Below, piece after piece: positions 62,478 to 64,000 of a stretch of DNA of 64,000 nt. Position numbers and translations under genes: made by a program. Position 1 is the stretch's first letter. The number at the start of each line of letters is the position of its first letter. A model generated the notes under the pieces. The model was not told the DNA's origin. It was given only the letters and a program-made list of their open reading frames with translations, and searched no databases. Origin of the DNA: Octopus bimaculoides (taxonomy: Eukaryota); assembly GCF_001194135.2 (NCBI RefSeq), contig NC_068989.1, positions 86,091,611 to 86,155,610 of the forward strand, read 5' to 3'.

Positions 62478-62810
62478 CCTGGTACTTGTGCCGGTGGCAC
62501 GTGAAAAGTCATTCGAGCGAGATCGTTGCCAGTGCCACTGGACTGGCTCCTGTGCAGGTGGCACGTAAAATACACCATTTTGAGCATGGCTGTTGCCAGT
62601 ACTGCCTGACTGGCCTTCGTGCCGGTGGCACGTACAAACACCCACTACACTCTCTGAGTGGTTGGCGTTAGGAAGGGCATCCAGCTGTAGAAACTCTGCC
62701 AAATCAGATTGGAGCCTGGTGTAGCCATCTGGTTCACCAGTCCTCAGTCAAATCGCCCAACCCATGCTAGCATGGAAGGCGGATGTTAAACGATGATGAT
62801 GATGATGGTG
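62478..62810 (+). mobile_element. Family C (RTE 3' end) in COASY intron 7
   Basis: Ends gatgttaaacgatgatgatg. Confidence 0.85.
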
Positions 62811-63201
62811 ATACATATGTATGTATATATATGTATGTATGTATGTATATGTATGTATATATGTATGTATGTATATATGTATGTATATATGTATATATGT
62901 ATGTATGTATATATGTATGTATGTATGTATATATATATATGTTAAATTCAAATTACGACAAATGTAAATAAACAAACGAAGTTTGCTTTTAGAAGCATTG
63001 AGATGTCTTTTAGAAAGTTGAGATGTCTTTTAGAAGCCACAGCTAGCCACCTACACTTTTCTCTGCAAAATAGGGATAGTTTATCCTGTTCAGGCTATAT
63101 TATTAACATTATTCTGTGATTGAGAATATATGTATGTATATATGTATGTATATATATGTGTATGTATATATATGTGTATGTATATATATGTTATATGTAT
63201 A

Positions 63202-63249
<48 letters not shown>

Positions 63250-64000
63250 ACATGATTACATGACTAATCAGACTATCAGATGTTGTTCCACAATGTCTAA
63301 TCACAATGCACTTTGCATTGTTTTATCCTTCGAATGCACCACCTCTGTTCACAGTGCACTTCATATCATTTTAATCTTCAAATGACGCCACCCCACCTGC
63401 CAGGTGAGCAGGTCAACATTCCCCACTGATTGAAAGGAGGACAAGAGCAACGTGGAATGAAGTGTTTTGCACAAGAACACAACATGCTGCCTGGTTTGGG
63501 AATTAAACCCACAACCTAATGATTGTGAGTGCAGTAGCTTAACCACAAGGCCATGACCCTTCACTGTGTGTATGTGTGTATATAGTCCAAATATTTGGAA
63601 GTATGCTGAGAGATTGTCTTAGGCTGTTTGCCTTCGGACAGTTGATTTCTGTAGTTATTATCAGTGTATTTTGGCGATTTAGATAAGAGTTTGACTGTTA
63701 TTTCCAGCAGGTAGACAGACTTACATTATCCTTTGATTAATTTTGATCCTTCAGCTATTTAAGGTTTTTTTTTTTTTTGGACCTACAATCGCCTATATTA
63801 TTGATTCTGTTATTATCATTTTTAAATTGTTACACTAGATAATAATAGAGTCAATGATATCTTCGCAAATTATTTTCCTGTGAATTATTTTTTCTCGTGA
63901 ATTATTTGCCCCTTATTGAAATATATATATCATCATCGTCGTTTAACGTCTGCTTTTCCATGCTGGCATGGGTTTGACGGTTTGACTGAGGACTGACAAG

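Noticed and set aside
618-63564. The many [16 protein letters not shown] and X-containing ORFs, and recurrent [17 protein letters not shown] peptides
   Set aside because: Translations of microsatellites, N gaps and non-coding repeat copies.
1-64000. CRISPR arrays, operons or other prokaryotic systems
   Set aside because: The sequence is spliced eukaryotic DNA and I saw no repeat-spacer array.

Overview
AT-rich, microsatellite- and SINE-dense animal genomic DNA. The repeat families and simple-repeat density suggest an octopod cephalopod (inference). There are 11 assembly gaps (N runs at 2611-2710, 4811-4935, 7068-7324, 18948-19097, 26609-26655, 29806-29871, 32252-32580, 45495-45504, 48803-48976, 58306-58408, 60653-60896). 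The one confidently identifiable protein-coding gene is COASY (bifunctional PPAT/dephospho-CoA kinase) on the + strand: seven GT-AG coding exons from 50415 to 61976 join in frame (1503 nt, 501 codons), and the C-terminus lies beyond the window. An intron-containing tRNA-Leu(CAA) gene or recent pseudogene lies at 45864-45975 (-). The rest is mostly repeats: several tRNA-derived SINE families (labelled A, B, D, E, F here), many 5'-truncated RTE 3' ends (labelled C), decayed RTE, Tx1/L1 and R4/Dong LINE fragments, hAT and Tc1/mariner MITEs, GGTA-ended MITEs with 8-bp target duplications (Merlin-like), and Penelope-like remnants with decayed hammerhead motifs. A CpG-retaining domain at about 25-44 kb separates two CpG-depleted flanks. 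Several well-bounded exon-like segments hint at an unidentified spliced minus-strand transcript at left. I could not establish a new biological system; the best leads are listed as findings.
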